A DNA stretch of 64,000 nucleotides. It comes from Eledone cirrhosa (Eukaryota). Under the pieces are notes generated by a model, which made no database searches, was not told where the DNA came from, and worked only from the letters and a program-made list of their open reading frames with translations. Shown in pieces: positions 47,550 through 60,867 of this stretch. The first letter of the stretch is position 1. Each line of letters starts with the position of its first letter. The stretch is taken from contig OZ024758.1 of NCBI GenBank assembly GCA_964016885.1, positions 29,884,001 through 29,948,000 of the forward strand, in the 5' to 3' direction. The translations under genes were made by a program, and so were the position numbers.

Positions 47550-50420
47550 GCCAGTGACACCCACTGCAACTGCCACCCCACCTCATGGGGCTCCTCCTCA
47601 GACAGCCAGTGACACCCACTGCAACTGCCACCCCACCTCATGGGGCTCCTCCTCAGACAGCCAGTGACACCCACTGCAACTGCCACCCCACCTCGTGGGG
47701 CTCCTTCCTCAGACAACCAGTGACACCCACTGCAACTGCCACCCCACCCCATGGGGCTCCTTCCTCAGACAGCCAGTGACACCCACTGCAACTGCCACCC
47801 CACCTCATGGGGCTCCTTCCTCAGACAGCCAGTGACACCCACTGCAACTGCCACCCCACCTCATGGGGCTCCTTCCTCAGACAGCCAGTGACACCCACTG
47901 CAACTGCCACCCCACCTCGTGGGGCTCCTTCCTCAGACAGCCAGTGACACCCACTGCAACTGCCACCCCACCTGATGGGGCTCCTTTCTCAGACAGCCAG
48001 TGACACCCACTGCCACCCCACCTCATGGGGCTCCTTCCTCAGACAGCCAGTGACACCCACTGCAACTGCCACCCCACCTCATGGGGCTCCTTCCTCAGAC
48101 AGCCAGTGACACCGACTGCAACTGCCACCCCACCTCATGGGGCTCCTTCCTCAGACAGCTAGTGACACCCACTGCAACTGCCACCCCACCTGATGGGGCT
48201 CCTTTCTCAGACAGCCAGTGACACCCACTGCCACCCCACCTCATGGGGCTCCTTCCTCAGACAGCTAGTGACACCCACTGCAACTGCCACCCCACCTCAT
48301 GGGGCTCCTTCCTCAGACAACCAGTGACACCCACTGCAACTGCCACCCCACCTGATGGGGCTCCTTTCTCAGACAGCTAGTGACACCCACTGCCACCCCA
48401 CCTCATGGGGCTCCTTCCTCAGACAGCCAGTGACACCCACTGCAACTGCCACCCCACCTCATGGGGCTCCTTCCTCAGACAGCCAGTGACACCCACTGCA
48501 ACTGCCACCCCACCTCATGGGGCTCCTTCCTCAGACAGCCAGTGACACCAACTGCCACCCCACCTCATGGGGCTCCTTCCTCAGACAGCCAGTGACACCC
48601 ACTGCAACTGCCACCCCACCTCATGGGGCTCCTTCCTCAGACAGCTAGTGACACCCACTGCAACTGCCACCCCACCTGATGGGGCTCCTTTCTCAGACAG
48701 CCAGTGACACCCACTGCCACCCCACCTCATGGGGCTCCTTCCTCAGACAGCTAGTGACACCCACTGCAACTGCCACCCCACCTCATGGGGCTCCTTCCTC
48801 AGACAACCAGTGACACCCACTGCAACTGCCACCCCACCTGATGGGGCTCCTTTCTCAGACAGCTAGTGACACCCACTGCCACCCCACCTCATGGGGCTCC
48901 TTTCTCAGACAGCTAGTGACACCCACTGCCACCCCACCTCATGGGGCTCCTTCCTCAGACAACCAGTGACACCCACTGCAACTGCCACCCCACCCCATGG
49001 GGCTCCTTCCTCAGACAACCAGTGACACCAACTGCCACCCCACTTCATGGGGCTCCTTCCTCAGACAGCCAGTGACACCCACTGCCACTCCACCTCATGG
49101 GGCTCCTTCCTCAGACAGCCAGTGACACCCACTGCAACTGCCACCCCACCTCATGGGGCTCCTTCCTCAGACAGCCAGTGACACCCACTGCAACTGCCAC
49201 CCCACCTCATGGGGCTCCTTCCTCAGACAGCTAGTGACACCCACTGCCACCCCACTTCATGGGGCTCCTTCCTCAGACAACCAGTGACACCCACTGCAAC
49301 TGCCACCCCACCCCATGGGGCTCCTTCCTCAGACAGCCAGTGACACCCACTGCCACCCCACTTCATGGGGCTCCTTCCTCAGACAGCCAGTGACACCCAC
49401 TGCCACCCCACCTCATGGGGCTCCTTCCTCAGACAGCCAGTGACACCCACTGCAACTGCCACCCCACTTCATGGGGCTCCTTCCTCAGACAGCCAGTGAC
49501 ACCCACTGCCACCCCACCTCATGGGGCTCCTTCCTCAGACAGCCAGTGACACCCACTGCAACTACCACCCCACCTCATGGGGCTCCTTCCTCAGACAGCC
49601 AGTGACACCCACTGCAACTGCCACCCCACCTCGTGGGGCTCCTTCCTCAGACAGCCAGTGACACCCACTGCAACTGCCACCCCACCTCATGGGGCTCCTT
49701 CCTCAGACAACCAGTGACACCCACTGTAACTGCCACCCCACCCCATGGGGCTCCTTCCTCAGACAGCCAGTGACACCCACTGCAACTGCCACCCCACCTC
49801 ATGGGGCTCCTTCCTCAGACAGCCAGTGACACCCACTGCCACCCCACTTCATGGGGCTCCTTCCTCAGACAGCCAGTGACACCCACTGCAACTGCCACCC
49901 CACCTCATGGGGCTCCTTCCTCAGACAGCCAGTGACACCCACTGCCACCCCACTTCATGGGGCTCCTTCCTCAGACAGCCAGTGACACCCACTGCAACTG
50001 CCACCCCACCTCATGGGGCTCCTTCCTCAGACAACCAGTGACACCCACTGCAACTGCCACCCCACCTCATGGGGCTCCTTCCTCAGACAGCCAGTGATAC
50101 CCACTGCAACTGCCACCCCACCTCATGGGGCTCCTTCCTCAGACAGCCAGTGACACCCACTGCAACTGCCACCCCACCTCATGGGGCTCCTTCCTCAGAC
50201 AACCAGTGACACCCACTGCAACTGCCACCCCACCTCATGGGGCTCCTTCCTCAGACAGCTAGTGACACCCACTGCAACTGCCACCCCACCTCATGGGGCT
50301 CCTTCCTCAGACAGCCAGTGATACCCACTGCAACTGCCACCCCACCTCATGGGGCTCCTTCCTCAGACAACCAGTGACACCCACTGCAACTGCCACCCCA
50401 CCCCATGGGGTTCCTTCTTC
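47550..50420. repeat. GC-rich 56-bp minisatellite (about 52 copies, with 50-bp variants)
   Basis: Unit GCCAGTGACACCCACTGCAACTGCCACCCCACCTCATGGGGCTCCTTCCTCAGACA. Confidence 0.97.
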
Positions 50421-50959
50421 TGACAAGCTGCTGATGATTTATGAAAGGGAACCTATTACAGTATAATCGTTACCTAATGCAATAATTTATACATCACCTG
50501 TACCTGCTCAGCATGTTGCTAATATAATTCCTCAAGCATTGCATTTTAATATCAATCATTAGTTACACTCATCACAGGTGTGATGAGGTGCTGTATATCA
50601 CTGCAGTGGTTGTGTTTCCAATTGGAACAATTTATTCTTATTTAATTGTATATATTTACAAACAAAAAGACAGAAAGAAAAGTGGGGGTCGGTGGGTAAA
50701 ACAGGAAGGAGGCAAGCTCTATATATTTGACTGGACAAGATGGTGAAACTGTTGCCATGAAGAACAGCCAGAGATACCTGTTACATCAGCCATTCCACCT
50801 CAGGGTTTATGGCTGAAGCAATGAAGTTGGCGCTGGTGAGAAAGTGCTGCAGCATGTGACATCTCAGATGTGTGGATTATCCCCTTCATTGTCCAGCCCT
50901 TGAAAGCAGGGAAAAGCGGACATAAAATGATGATGATGATGATGATGATATGGGGAAAA

Positions 50960-52200
50960 GATTATCCCATCTGGTGTTTACCCATACCATGGTTGAGGCT
51001 GACGGGCTGCAGTTGTGATGAGAAACTGCCTTTATAGAGGCTCCTCCTGATGATGTTCAAGGCAGCATGCTGAGGGACATGACAGGGCATACACACACAG
51101 AGGTCAAGGTGTAGGGCTGCTCCAATGCAGATGTAATCATCATGAAGAAGGGTACCAGTTGATGAAAAGAGCACTGAATTGAGCTAAGTGCTACTGTTTG
51201 ACTGCGAGGTAAACAGGAAGTGAGTGAGGCAGTGTTGATCAAGAGGCAACTTGATCCCTGCCGGTTGAATTGTATTTGATGTCATCCCAGTTGCGCTGGT
51301 AACCTGCATACTAGGGGACAATGAGCCCGTTGTTAACCCAGACAGCCATTGCTGACATGAGTTCCTGGCCTACATTAGGTTCTGATGTTTTATGAAGGAC
51401 CTCTTTGATGAGGACACGACTGGAAACGATAGAGGAAAAGTAGACCATCAGTGCTGGGCCGGATGTTGAGAGATGACTGTGACTACAGAACCTCAGGAGG
51501 AGTTTCATCTGCTACCAGTCTTTGTCATTGAAACAAGTGGCATTGAGTTCATTAAGATGTCCTGTGTGGTGATGACATGGCACACTACAGAGAAAAGAGG
51601 AATTTGTAGTGACGAAGCAGTTCTTAAGGAGAACGGGCATGGGATGCAAGTTTATGAAGTGCTGTCTACCAGTCATCCTCACCAAGTCAACTTGTTTGGC
51701 TTTCAGGCACTTGTATGGCTTTTGGGAGAATTGCAGCATCAAGAATGTAAACATTATCTTTTGAGATCGACTGCTGTGTATGGTGTCATTATATTAAAAT
51801 TTGCCATAACTCACTCATTACCTCTGACTTGGACAATGTTGAGTGAGAGGAGTGTAGGGCTATAATGGTGTTCTGACGAGGGTCAACAACAGACTCAACA
51901 GAACCACCCAATGTTGCATCAGACCAGATACCAGATGTTGAACAGTGACTGGATTGAGTTGGTAATGTCATCAGCAACCAATGTAAAGTGAAACGGATCT
52001 AGAAATGGACCGACGCCCTTACAGGGCACCTGTGGTGACTGTAACAATATTGTCAACAGCAATGAACATGTTAGGTGTGCTGTAAGAGAGATGTGTATTG
52101 AAAGGGCCCATCTCTGGCATAACTCAAAGATGTGGTCCCACCTAAAGCTATTAAAAATGCTTCACATGTCCAGGTTTACTGAAAGCCCAATCAACTGTCT
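50960..52200 (-). pseudogene. Heavily decayed non-LTR retrotransposon RT region
   Basis: Minus-strand remnants PQVPCKGVGPFL and LVADDIT near 51960-52035. Many stops, higher GC than the flanks. Confidence 0.45.
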
Positions 52201-52224
52201 GGCTGTGTGAGCAACTGAATTTAA

Positions 52225-52652
52225 CCCTTTAGCATTCACATTACTCTATATATACTATTGTATTTTCATGGTAAAGGCTTTACCTCACATAATACCTCAC
52301 ATAACATTTACATTACTCTATATATACTATTGTATTTTCATGGTAAAGGCTTTACCTCACATAATACCTCACATAACATTTACATTACTCTATATATACT
52401 ATTATATTTTCATGGTAAAGGCTTTACCTCACATAATACCTCACATAACATTCACATTACTCTATATATACTATTGTATTTTCATGGTAAAGGCTTTACC
52501 TCACATAATTATCTCGCATAATATTGAATCTATGAGATTTTGAAAGTATTTATTTTGAGAACAATACCTTAACATCAGTTTGAGTGACCAGTTACAGCCA
52601 GTTTCAACAGAAAGAGGTAGAGAATTCTGGCCGGTTTTGGCCAGTTTGAACA
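52225..52652 (+). mobile_element. piggyBac-like MITE with about 4 units; last bases of the right TIR replaced by an RTE fragment
   Basis: TTAA (52221-52224) CCCTTTAGCATTCA, units, then a right arm matching 26240-26368. Confidence 0.88.
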
Positions 52653-52854
52653 CTTTCCTTTCAACTCCTTCATTAATTACACTAACATTACACATTCAGC
52701 AAAGCATGCTTGCCTCATTTTTTCCCAGACTCCACAGGTTTAAATACACACATCAGCAAAATAAACACATACATGTGTACACACATACTTATTTATTTAA
52801 TCAATTTAAACATCTATATAGAGCTAGTGAGCCATGACAGACTATATATATATA

Positions 52855-53051
52855 TCATCATCATCATCATTTTACGTCCGCTTTTACCTGCTTGGAAGGG
52901 TTGGACGGGTCCTATTCAGTACAGCATCTCTCCACCCGTCACAGTCCTTCGTCATCTCCTCGGTGAGTTTCAACGATCTGATGTCTGCTCTCACCACTTC
53001 CGTCCATATTTTTCGTGGTCTTCCTCTACTGAGTCTTCCTTCTACTGGGAT
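52855..53051 (-). mobile_element. RTE family B 3' fragment
   Basis: IPVEGRLSRGRPRKIW...TRPTLPSR plus tail. Confidence 0.85.
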
Positions 53052-53068
53052 ATATATATATACACACA

Positions 53069-53275
53069 CATTAAAATATGTTACCAGACACATATTTACA
53101 TCATAACTTAATTTACAATTGTTTCATCCTCGTGGGACACATTTGAATCAATCATTTGATTTTTTGTGCACTCGAAAAGATGAACTTGTTGATTGATTCT
53201 GATGTGTCCCACAAAGATGAAACAATTGTAAATTAAATTATGATGTAAATAAGCGTTTGGTAACATATTTTAATG
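53069..53275. repeat. Fold-back inverted repeat whose arms carry a degenerate hammerhead-like motif
   Basis: Arms about 85 bp. Right arm UUGAUU CUGAUGU GUCCCACAAAGAU GAAA CAAUUG UA AAUUAA (53193-53236). Confidence 0.75.
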
Positions 53276-53717
53276 GATACCTTGCTCTACGTGTGAATAA
53301 TCTAACACAGTAGGAGTTCATGTCATTTAAAAAAAAATTATATGTAGGTGTGTGTACAGTTTATTATAATAAATTATCATATTTTGAGGTGATATAAATT
53401 TTTCACCACTTTTTATATTTGTGTATATATCTTTGTATGTTTGTATGTATGTATGTATGTATGCTATAAAAGCTTCACGGCACAGGCATTGCTTTATATC
53501 TGGAGATCTCTCTGCACTTGTCGTCACATGGTACCATGGGCCCAGCACTATGTGTCAATAATTGTCACAAGTGTAGTGTTTGTACCAGAGTTTTCAAGTG
53601 GCTGGCTGGACTAAAAAGTCACACTCGTTCAGCGCATCGGTAGGGGTTCCCCTACATGGATATAAAGTAGTGGCCGTACTCGAAAACGAGTTGGCAGCTA
53701 CCATGTATGTATGTATG

Positions 53718-53764
<47 letters not shown>

Positions 53765-53765
<1 letters not shown>

Positions 53766-54031
53766 ATTGTTTCTACTTTTGGCACAAGGCCAGCAATTAC
53801 CCAGTACATTACTGGTACTTTATTTTATCGACCCCGTAAGGATGAAAGGCAAAGTTGACCTCGGCGGGATTTGAACTCAGAATGAAAAGAGCCCCGTAAC
53901 ACACACAAAAGCCGTAACATACACAAATCCCGCAGAGGTCAACTTTGCCTTTCATCCTTACGGGGTCGATAAAATAAAGTACCAGTAATGTTCTGGGTAA
54001 TTGCTGGCCTTGTGCCTAAAGTAGAAACAAT
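53765..54031. mobile_element. Inverted (tails outward) pair of family-1 SINE 3' halves
   Basis: 53765-53885 (-) and 53925-54031 (+), separated by about 40 bp. Confidence 0.88.
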
Positions 54032-54238
54032 TATATATATATATATATAATGTGTGTATGTATGTATGTATGTGTGTGTGTATATATATATATATATAAT
54101 GTGTGTATGTATGTATGTATGTATGTGTGTGTATATATATATATAATGTGTATGTATGTATGTGTGTGTATATATATATATATATAATGTGTGTATGTAT
54201 GTATGTATGTGTGTGTATATATATATATAATGTATGTA

Positions 54239-54271
<33 letters not shown>

Positions 54272-54290
54272 GTGTGTATGTATGTATGTA

Positions 54291-54322
<32 letters not shown>

Positions 54323-54980
54323 ATGTATGTATGTATGTATGTATGTGTGTATATATATATAATGTGTGTATGTATGTATGTATGTGTGTATATATATATA
54401 TATATAATGTGTGTATGTATGTGTGTGTGTATATATATATTTATATATAATGTATGTATGTGTGTGTGTATATATTTATATAATGTATGTATGTATGTAT
54501 GTATGTGTGTATATATATATATATATATAATGTGTGTATGTATGTATGTGTGTGTATATATATATTTATATATAATGTATGTATGTATGTATGTGTGTGT
54601 GTGTATATATATATATATAATGTGTGTATGTATGTATAGAGGGAGTAGAGAAGGGTTCACTGGAATGAAAGTTGAAGGGCAGATGGAGGTAGGAGGGGGG
54701 AAGAAGAGGAGCAAGGAAGAGTTTAAAGCAGGAGTGGAGGTGGTGGAGGAAGGTTTCTTTAGGTTAGGCATGGTGGGTGAGGAGGCGAGAGGAAGGTGAT
54801 AGAGGGCAAGTACTCTGGAGGGAGAGAGAGAAAGAAGATTTATTTAGAGAGAAAAAGTGGTAGAGGAGGGTGAAAAAAGATTAGAGCAGGAGCAGTTGAA
54901 AGGTCCCGTAATTTGAAGACTGTAATCTGTGGGTGTTCCAAGGATCCAGGTAGCTAGTTATGTATATATAGTATATGTAC

Positions 54981-55070
54981 TTATAGCTTTTATGGAGTGA
55001 ATCAATCATTATTTTTATAGAAAATTCTAACCTCCTTCCTTTATAGAAATATTTGTAGGTGATTCCATTA
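54981..55070 (-). CDS. Candidate 90-bp symmetric exon (NGITYKYFYKGRRLEFSIKIMIDSLHKSY)
   Basis: Strong acceptor tcttttcttttgtttacatctcctctcag, donor AA|gtacat, phase 2-2, open frame. Confidence 0.4.
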
Positions 55071-56044
55071 CTGAGAGGAGATGTAAACAAAAGAAAAGAC
55101 ATATTTATAGAAATAGCTGTTATAATGTCTTGCCAACTATTCTTTCTTATATTTTTAATTGCAAATAATTATGCTACATTATTTCATGGTTTAGTTGTGT
55201 AAATGTCATGATATTTAATGATAAAGGTGCATGGTTTAAGGGTGTTAAACTCATGAACCTAAGATCATGAGTTTGATTATGTTGGTTGTTACATCCTTGA
55301 TCAAGAAGCTTTATTTCATGTTGCTTCAGATCACTGAGGTCCTGTTAATGAAATGGCCAACCTTGTTATACAATGTGTCATGCTGAATCTCGCTGAGAAC
55401 TATTCATGTATTGAACAAGATATGGCAGCCTTTCTATGGCTAGATGCTCTTCCTGACACCTTATTTTAAGTATGGTATTATATGGCACTGATGTTTGTCA
55501 AACCACTGCAAGACATTGTTTATGGTTGGTATAGACAACTGTTACCACAAGCTATATAAACAGTGTCAATATGACATTAGAAGTGACACACACGCCTGTG
55601 GGAACTTCATTATTGATGGAAAGATTTAGGGAAGACATGTCAGAAAAAAACAAAATCTACAATTGAAAAGCTTCAAGTAAACTTAGTGTAGACCCAAATC
55701 TTAGTGAGTGAGAAAATAGAGAGGCTGTTGGTGCTGTCAAGAAAATGGTCAGATTGAAATTGCAGAAACGGAGAAGATAGAGACTCAACACAGTGTAAAC
55801 TATAAGTGTACAAGTGATGTAACATGACCACAGGTTAACAGAAACAGTTTCTTTCTAAACTAAAGAAAGTTCCATAGAGGTATAATGGTATAATGGTATA
55901 CTTGTAGAAGAATGTAAATGACATTATTGCCAAGAATATGGTACAAGTGAATGCAAATATTCTTTCTTTGATGACAAGACAGATTTTATAATGTTTATGT
56001 AATAAATACCACAAGTTTTTAAATATTTATAGGGAATAATAATA

Positions 56045-56241
56045 ATTGTTTCTGAATTAGGCGCAAGGCCAGTAATTTTGGGGGTGGGGAATGTGTGACT
56101 GGTACTCTATTTTATCGACCCCGTAAGGATGAAAGGCAAAGTTAGCCTCGGCGGGATTTGAACTCAGATCATAAAGGGCTGTAACTCTATGCTGCAAAGC
56201 ATGGCGTCCAACTCTCTACCAATATTGACAATCCACCGCCC
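56045..56241 (-). mobile_element. Family-1 SINE with TSD
   Basis: TTATAGGGAATAATAATAA on both sides. Confidence 0.88.
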
Positions 56242-56427
56242 TTATAGGGAATAATAATAATAATTATAATTTAACATCTGTTATTCCATGCTGGTATGGG
56301 TTGTCATGTTTTGGGGTTAGATCGGTCAGGTAGTCATGCCTTGCTTATATAGGGGGCATAACGATTTTTGAGATGTTGAGGTGGGACATGGTGCAAAGGT
56401 TAGGAACCACTGGTGTGTGTATATATA

Positions 56428-56528
56428 GAGGGTGTCTTAAAAAATTCTATACAGACTTTGATTACCTGTACAGGCAAGATTTATTAGAATGCTGTTGAAG
56501 TGTGTATACATCTTTTGGGGACACCCTG
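56428..56528. mobile_element. Short Tc1/mariner-type MITE
   Basis: TA|GAGGGTGTC ... GACACCCTG|TA. Confidence 0.55.
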
Positions 56529-56532
56529 TATA

Positions 56533-56846
56533 TCTATATATCTAAAACAAAGAATGTCTTTGTCTGTTTGACTCCCTAAAATTCGAGAACCACCCAACCG
56601 ATTGTTTTCAAACTTTACACATATAATACTTATGGCCCTGTGAGTGTTTTGAGCAAAAATATTTCAAATTTTCAATGCCCCTAGGGGCCACATTAGGCGA
56701 TTTAGCGATCTCTCTCTATAATTCTTAGTCTTTCTTTTTAGATAGATACATAGATATAATGTTGCGCCCTTATAATATCTGTCTGTATGTCTGGCTGTCT
56801 GCATTACGACATTATGACGCGGTGTGTGTATATATGTATATATATA

Positions 56847-56889
<43 letters not shown>

Positions 56890-58093
56890 GTACTAGCAGA
56901 GGTATTAAATAGGGTATTAAATAGCAGTTGTGTATACCATTTATGTCAATACTTCAGTGCTACTTCGAAAACTATACTTTTACAAAATCATCGGCTTTTT
57001 CCAAAAGGGGGTTCCTGCCCCCAGGGGTCCCCTACTCAATATGTGCCAATTCTGAGAGTTCACATTCATCTGTAGGACAAACGTAGCCCATGTGTCAAGT
57101 TTTGTGAAAATTGGTTGCGAACTCCAGAAGTTATGACGTTTTGTTGCATTGCACTGCAGTGCTTCAGTCGACTCCAAGGAAGTGGTTAAAGGGGGTTATC
57201 TGCCGGGAGGCCCTATAATCAATATCTGGAAAAATGAAAGTGCCCATGACCATCCGGAGTACATAAGTAACCTATGTCTTAAGTTTGGTGAAAATACTGT
57301 AGAAATGCATAAGGTTTATACATACGTGCGCGCGTGTGGGTGTGTATGTATTTGAGTGTGCGTATGTATGTGTATGTCCGTCGGGGCATACGTATGTACT
57401 GGCCTAAATCTTCACTATTTACTTTTACTATTTTAATAACCTCTGTCATTTTCGTTTTCAATTTTATTTACATCATTCTTAAACTCCGGGGCTCAAAATC
57501 ATTCTGTTGTTTTAAATATAATATTAGTCTAATGACTCCATTTATACCATAAACTTGGTCTTGTCTTTGCATGAAATTGTTCTTCTCGCTCCACATAACG
57601 ACGTATTATCCTCGCCTTTTTTCCGTTCATTGCCAGGGAACGTCTTCACGAACCAAAACATCGTCTTCTTGTTTTCGTTCGGTAGCAACGTTTCTCGAAA
57701 TATTTACTTCTGCGTTCATAGATTACTCTCAGTTCAATTTGAATGGGAAATTCCTGTTTCATCGATTTTAGCTTGAAAGTCGACCCAACGCCTCCTCGGG
57801 TCATTCTGCATAACTGTGTAAATTTTCGCTGCATTCCACCAAGCCGTTTCGACGTTTATCCGACTACACCTACACATACAACGTCCGACCACTTCAAATT
57901 TATATAGTAGATGTAACATTTTTCGAAATATTTACTTCTGCATTCACAGATTGATTTTTTTAGTTTCAGAAGATCCCGCTAAGGGTGAAAGCAGCGATTC
58001 TTTGCTTAAACTTTAATCTGTTAAGGATATATATATATCAAATATATAAGAATCCTAGAGCAAATCCTGAGCAACGCCGGGCCATTCTGCTAG
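56533..58093 (+). mobile_element. Composite non-autonomous Helitron region (includes an opposite-strand Helitron-like piece from about 56893)
   Basis: TC start in AT context. 3' CCTG-agcaacgc-CGGG hairpin plus CTAG|T at 58090-58093. Internal reverse CTAG end at 56893. Confidence 0.55.
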
Positions 58094-58641
58094 TCTATAC
58101 TAAACTTATTTTCCAACTAAATGTGTAGAGCTGGAAGTAAACAAATCTTACAATTTATCGATGCTTTTGGATATTTGAAATGTGAAAAGATTGAAATCCA
58201 AACAAAATGGCTATTATAACTGTTTAATGTCTAGTTTCCATGTTTGCACAGGTTAGCAGGGTTCTCGTGTTATGAGGCTTGACAGGTTAGGTGACCAGGT
58301 TTTGTTCATACAATCCATTTTTGGCTTGATTTTCTATAGCTTGATGCCCTTCTTAAACGCTAACCACATTTCAGTGTGAACTGGGAGCTTTTTTTTTCAG
58401 GAGCATATATTAATAGAAATTCTGGTTAAAGTATTCCCTAGAGACATTGGAATATTAGAGGGTTTACTTCAAAACAGAAACAGTTGAACTTTATAATGCT
58501 ATACGAACCTTCAGGAATGTAATACTACCTCATTGTTGCCATGAGCACTATCTTCAGCTTTCTCTCTTGACAAGACACAAAATTGTTTATTTATATACAA
58601 ACTTCTAAGGAATTATCCTGAACTATATATAATGTAATATA

Positions 58642-58854
58642 CAGGGTGATCACAAAAACACTCCGAGCTTGGTTATCGCATTAATGTTTGCTGAGCAACA
58701 AAAGAGGCACACATCGAGTGTCTGTGATATCAACCAATACCACATGAAACTTTATTAATTTATGTAATTGTAGCCACCAATATTGTAATAATATTCATTT
58801 ATGTTTTCATATTATAAGTATTTGAAATCAAGGTGTGTTTTTGTAGTGATCCTG
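58642..58854. mobile_element. Tc1/mariner-type MITE
   Basis: TA|CAGGGTGATCACAAAAACAC ... GTGTTTTTGTAGTGATCCTG|TA. Confidence 0.6.
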
Positions 58855-59171
58855 TATATTCATGTTGTAAAGTGGTTGGTGATCAGAAGGGCATCCAGCA
58901 TGCTGATTTGATGTTTCCTCTATCACGTGTACCTACATTTGTCAATACTTCCCTAGTACACTCAGCTCACCCTGTAAGGTGGTAGTGCTGGTGCCATGGA
59001 GAAAAGCAACCAGCCCACCCTCTATGATGGTAGTGTCAAATTCACGATAAAATGTTCCCAGTACGCTCTGTATGTGGTTGGCAGTAGGAAGGGCATCCCA
59101 CCACAGAAACCAAACCCCAAATGGAATATATGAGCAAAACATGGTCATCTGACTTTATATATATATATATA

Positions 59172-59428
59172 AAAACAAGATGGCGTAGGACAGAACAAAG
59201 GAGAGGCACAAAAAACAAAGAAAAGAACCCCCAGTCACTGAAGAGGTCACAGAATGTGTGACGAAAGAACTTTGACAATATATAAACAACCATCTGGTTG
59301 TGGAACCAACCAACCAACCAGAAATTTATAAATTCCTAAATTTATAAATTTATTATAATAAATTGAAGTAAAAGCAACTGGTGCGTGTGTTTCTTATTGG
59401 CAACATGACCCTCCCAAAGTATAAGAAT
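59172..59428 (+). mobile_element. Solo PLE 3' repeat fragment
   Basis: Matches 43175-43430. Confidence 0.9.
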
Positions 59429-59587
59429 ATATATATATTTATTAAAATAACAGATTAAAGTTTAAGCAAAGAATCGCTGCTTTCACCCTTAACGGGATCT
59501 TCTGCTCTACGGTTTTTATATATTTGATATATATTTAACCTTATCGAGCCCTCTTTGGATTTTAGTCTTCAAATTTATTATTATTAT

Positions 59588-59660
<73 letters not shown>

Positions 59661-59703
59661 TTTTGCGAGGTTTTTGATATGAAATTGTGTGTCGAAACAA
59701 ATG

Positions 59704-60006
59704 TTGTTATACTTGGGGAGACTAAATAAAGATGCAACGAGAGGAAACAATATCACCACTGACGATGTTGCAGATGTGCAACGAAAGAACTTTGATAAAC
59801 TATATATATGTGTTTGTGTCTATATTGTATCTGTATTATTTTTGACCGTTGGTCAGTCAATGGCAACATTGAGGACCGAATAAATTAGATTACCGATATA
59901 AAAGACACAGAAGCGAAAAGCGAAAACCAACCAAACAGTGAGTGTGTTCTGTTATTAATTCTGGCAATATTATTACAACAATATGACCCTCCCCAAGTAT
60001 AACAAT
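59704..60006 (+). mobile_element. About 300-bp PLE-related mini element with short inverted end and hammerhead-like motif
   Basis: TTGTTATACTTGGGGAG ... CTCCCCAAGTATAACAA. Motif CUGACGA U GUUGCA-gaug-UGCAAC GAAA GAACUU UGA at 59752-59796. Confidence 0.7.
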
Positions 60007-60225
60007 ATATATATATATTTATATATATTTATATATATTGTTATACAAACTTTATATTGTTATAAAACCTGCGACATTGTTTGCATGCAATGATGTAGAC
60101 CAGTTCTTCTTTTTGAGCAAATGCATTCGATGTTGAGAGAGTGGGAATGGCTCCGTGCAAAGCCTTTCCTCACTTAAAAAAAAGCTTCAATCACAGACAT
60201 CGCTTGATATGTGACATTATTTGCG

Positions 60226-60405
60226 TGAATTGGCAGTATCGGTAGAGGGTCGGACGCCATCCTTTGACGCATAGTTACGTCCCTTTACAGTCTGAGTTCA
60301 AATCCCGCCGAGGTTAACTTTGCCTTTCATCCTTACGGGGTCGATAAAATAAAGTACCAGTAATGTACTGGGTAATTGCTGGCCTTGTGCCTATAGTAGA
60401 AACAA
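60226..60405 (+). mobile_element. Family-1 SINE with TSD ATTATTTGCG
   Basis: Matches 710-895. Flanking direct repeat. Confidence 0.88.
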
Positions 60406-60867
60406 TTATTTGCGATGCAAGGCATTGCTGGCCATAGGCAAATCCCTGTAGCAGGGCCGTGATGCTCCTCATGCTTTAGTATCAAGCGATGACATTACTC
60501 GAATGTATATAATGAATGTGGCAAAGAATGTCGATCTGTAGCAGGACTGAAACGGCATGTGAAGGTTCACGGGCAACCTGATGCCAGGGAGATCCATAGT
60601 TGCCAATGAGTGCAAGTCTCTAACAGGCTTGAAAAGCATCGCACATGTGAAGTTGACAAGCAATTGCAATACAATAGCAGCCGTCATGTATGTCTGTATA
60701 CACACAATAGGCATTTACAGTTTCCATTTATCAAATTTTACACATAGGTTGTGTGTGTGTGTGTTTGTGTGTGTATGTGTGTGTGTATATATCTATATTT
60801 CTATATAACGAGCACATGTCATCCAATATTCCTATTGAAGTAATGCACAGTATATGAGGCAGATTGT

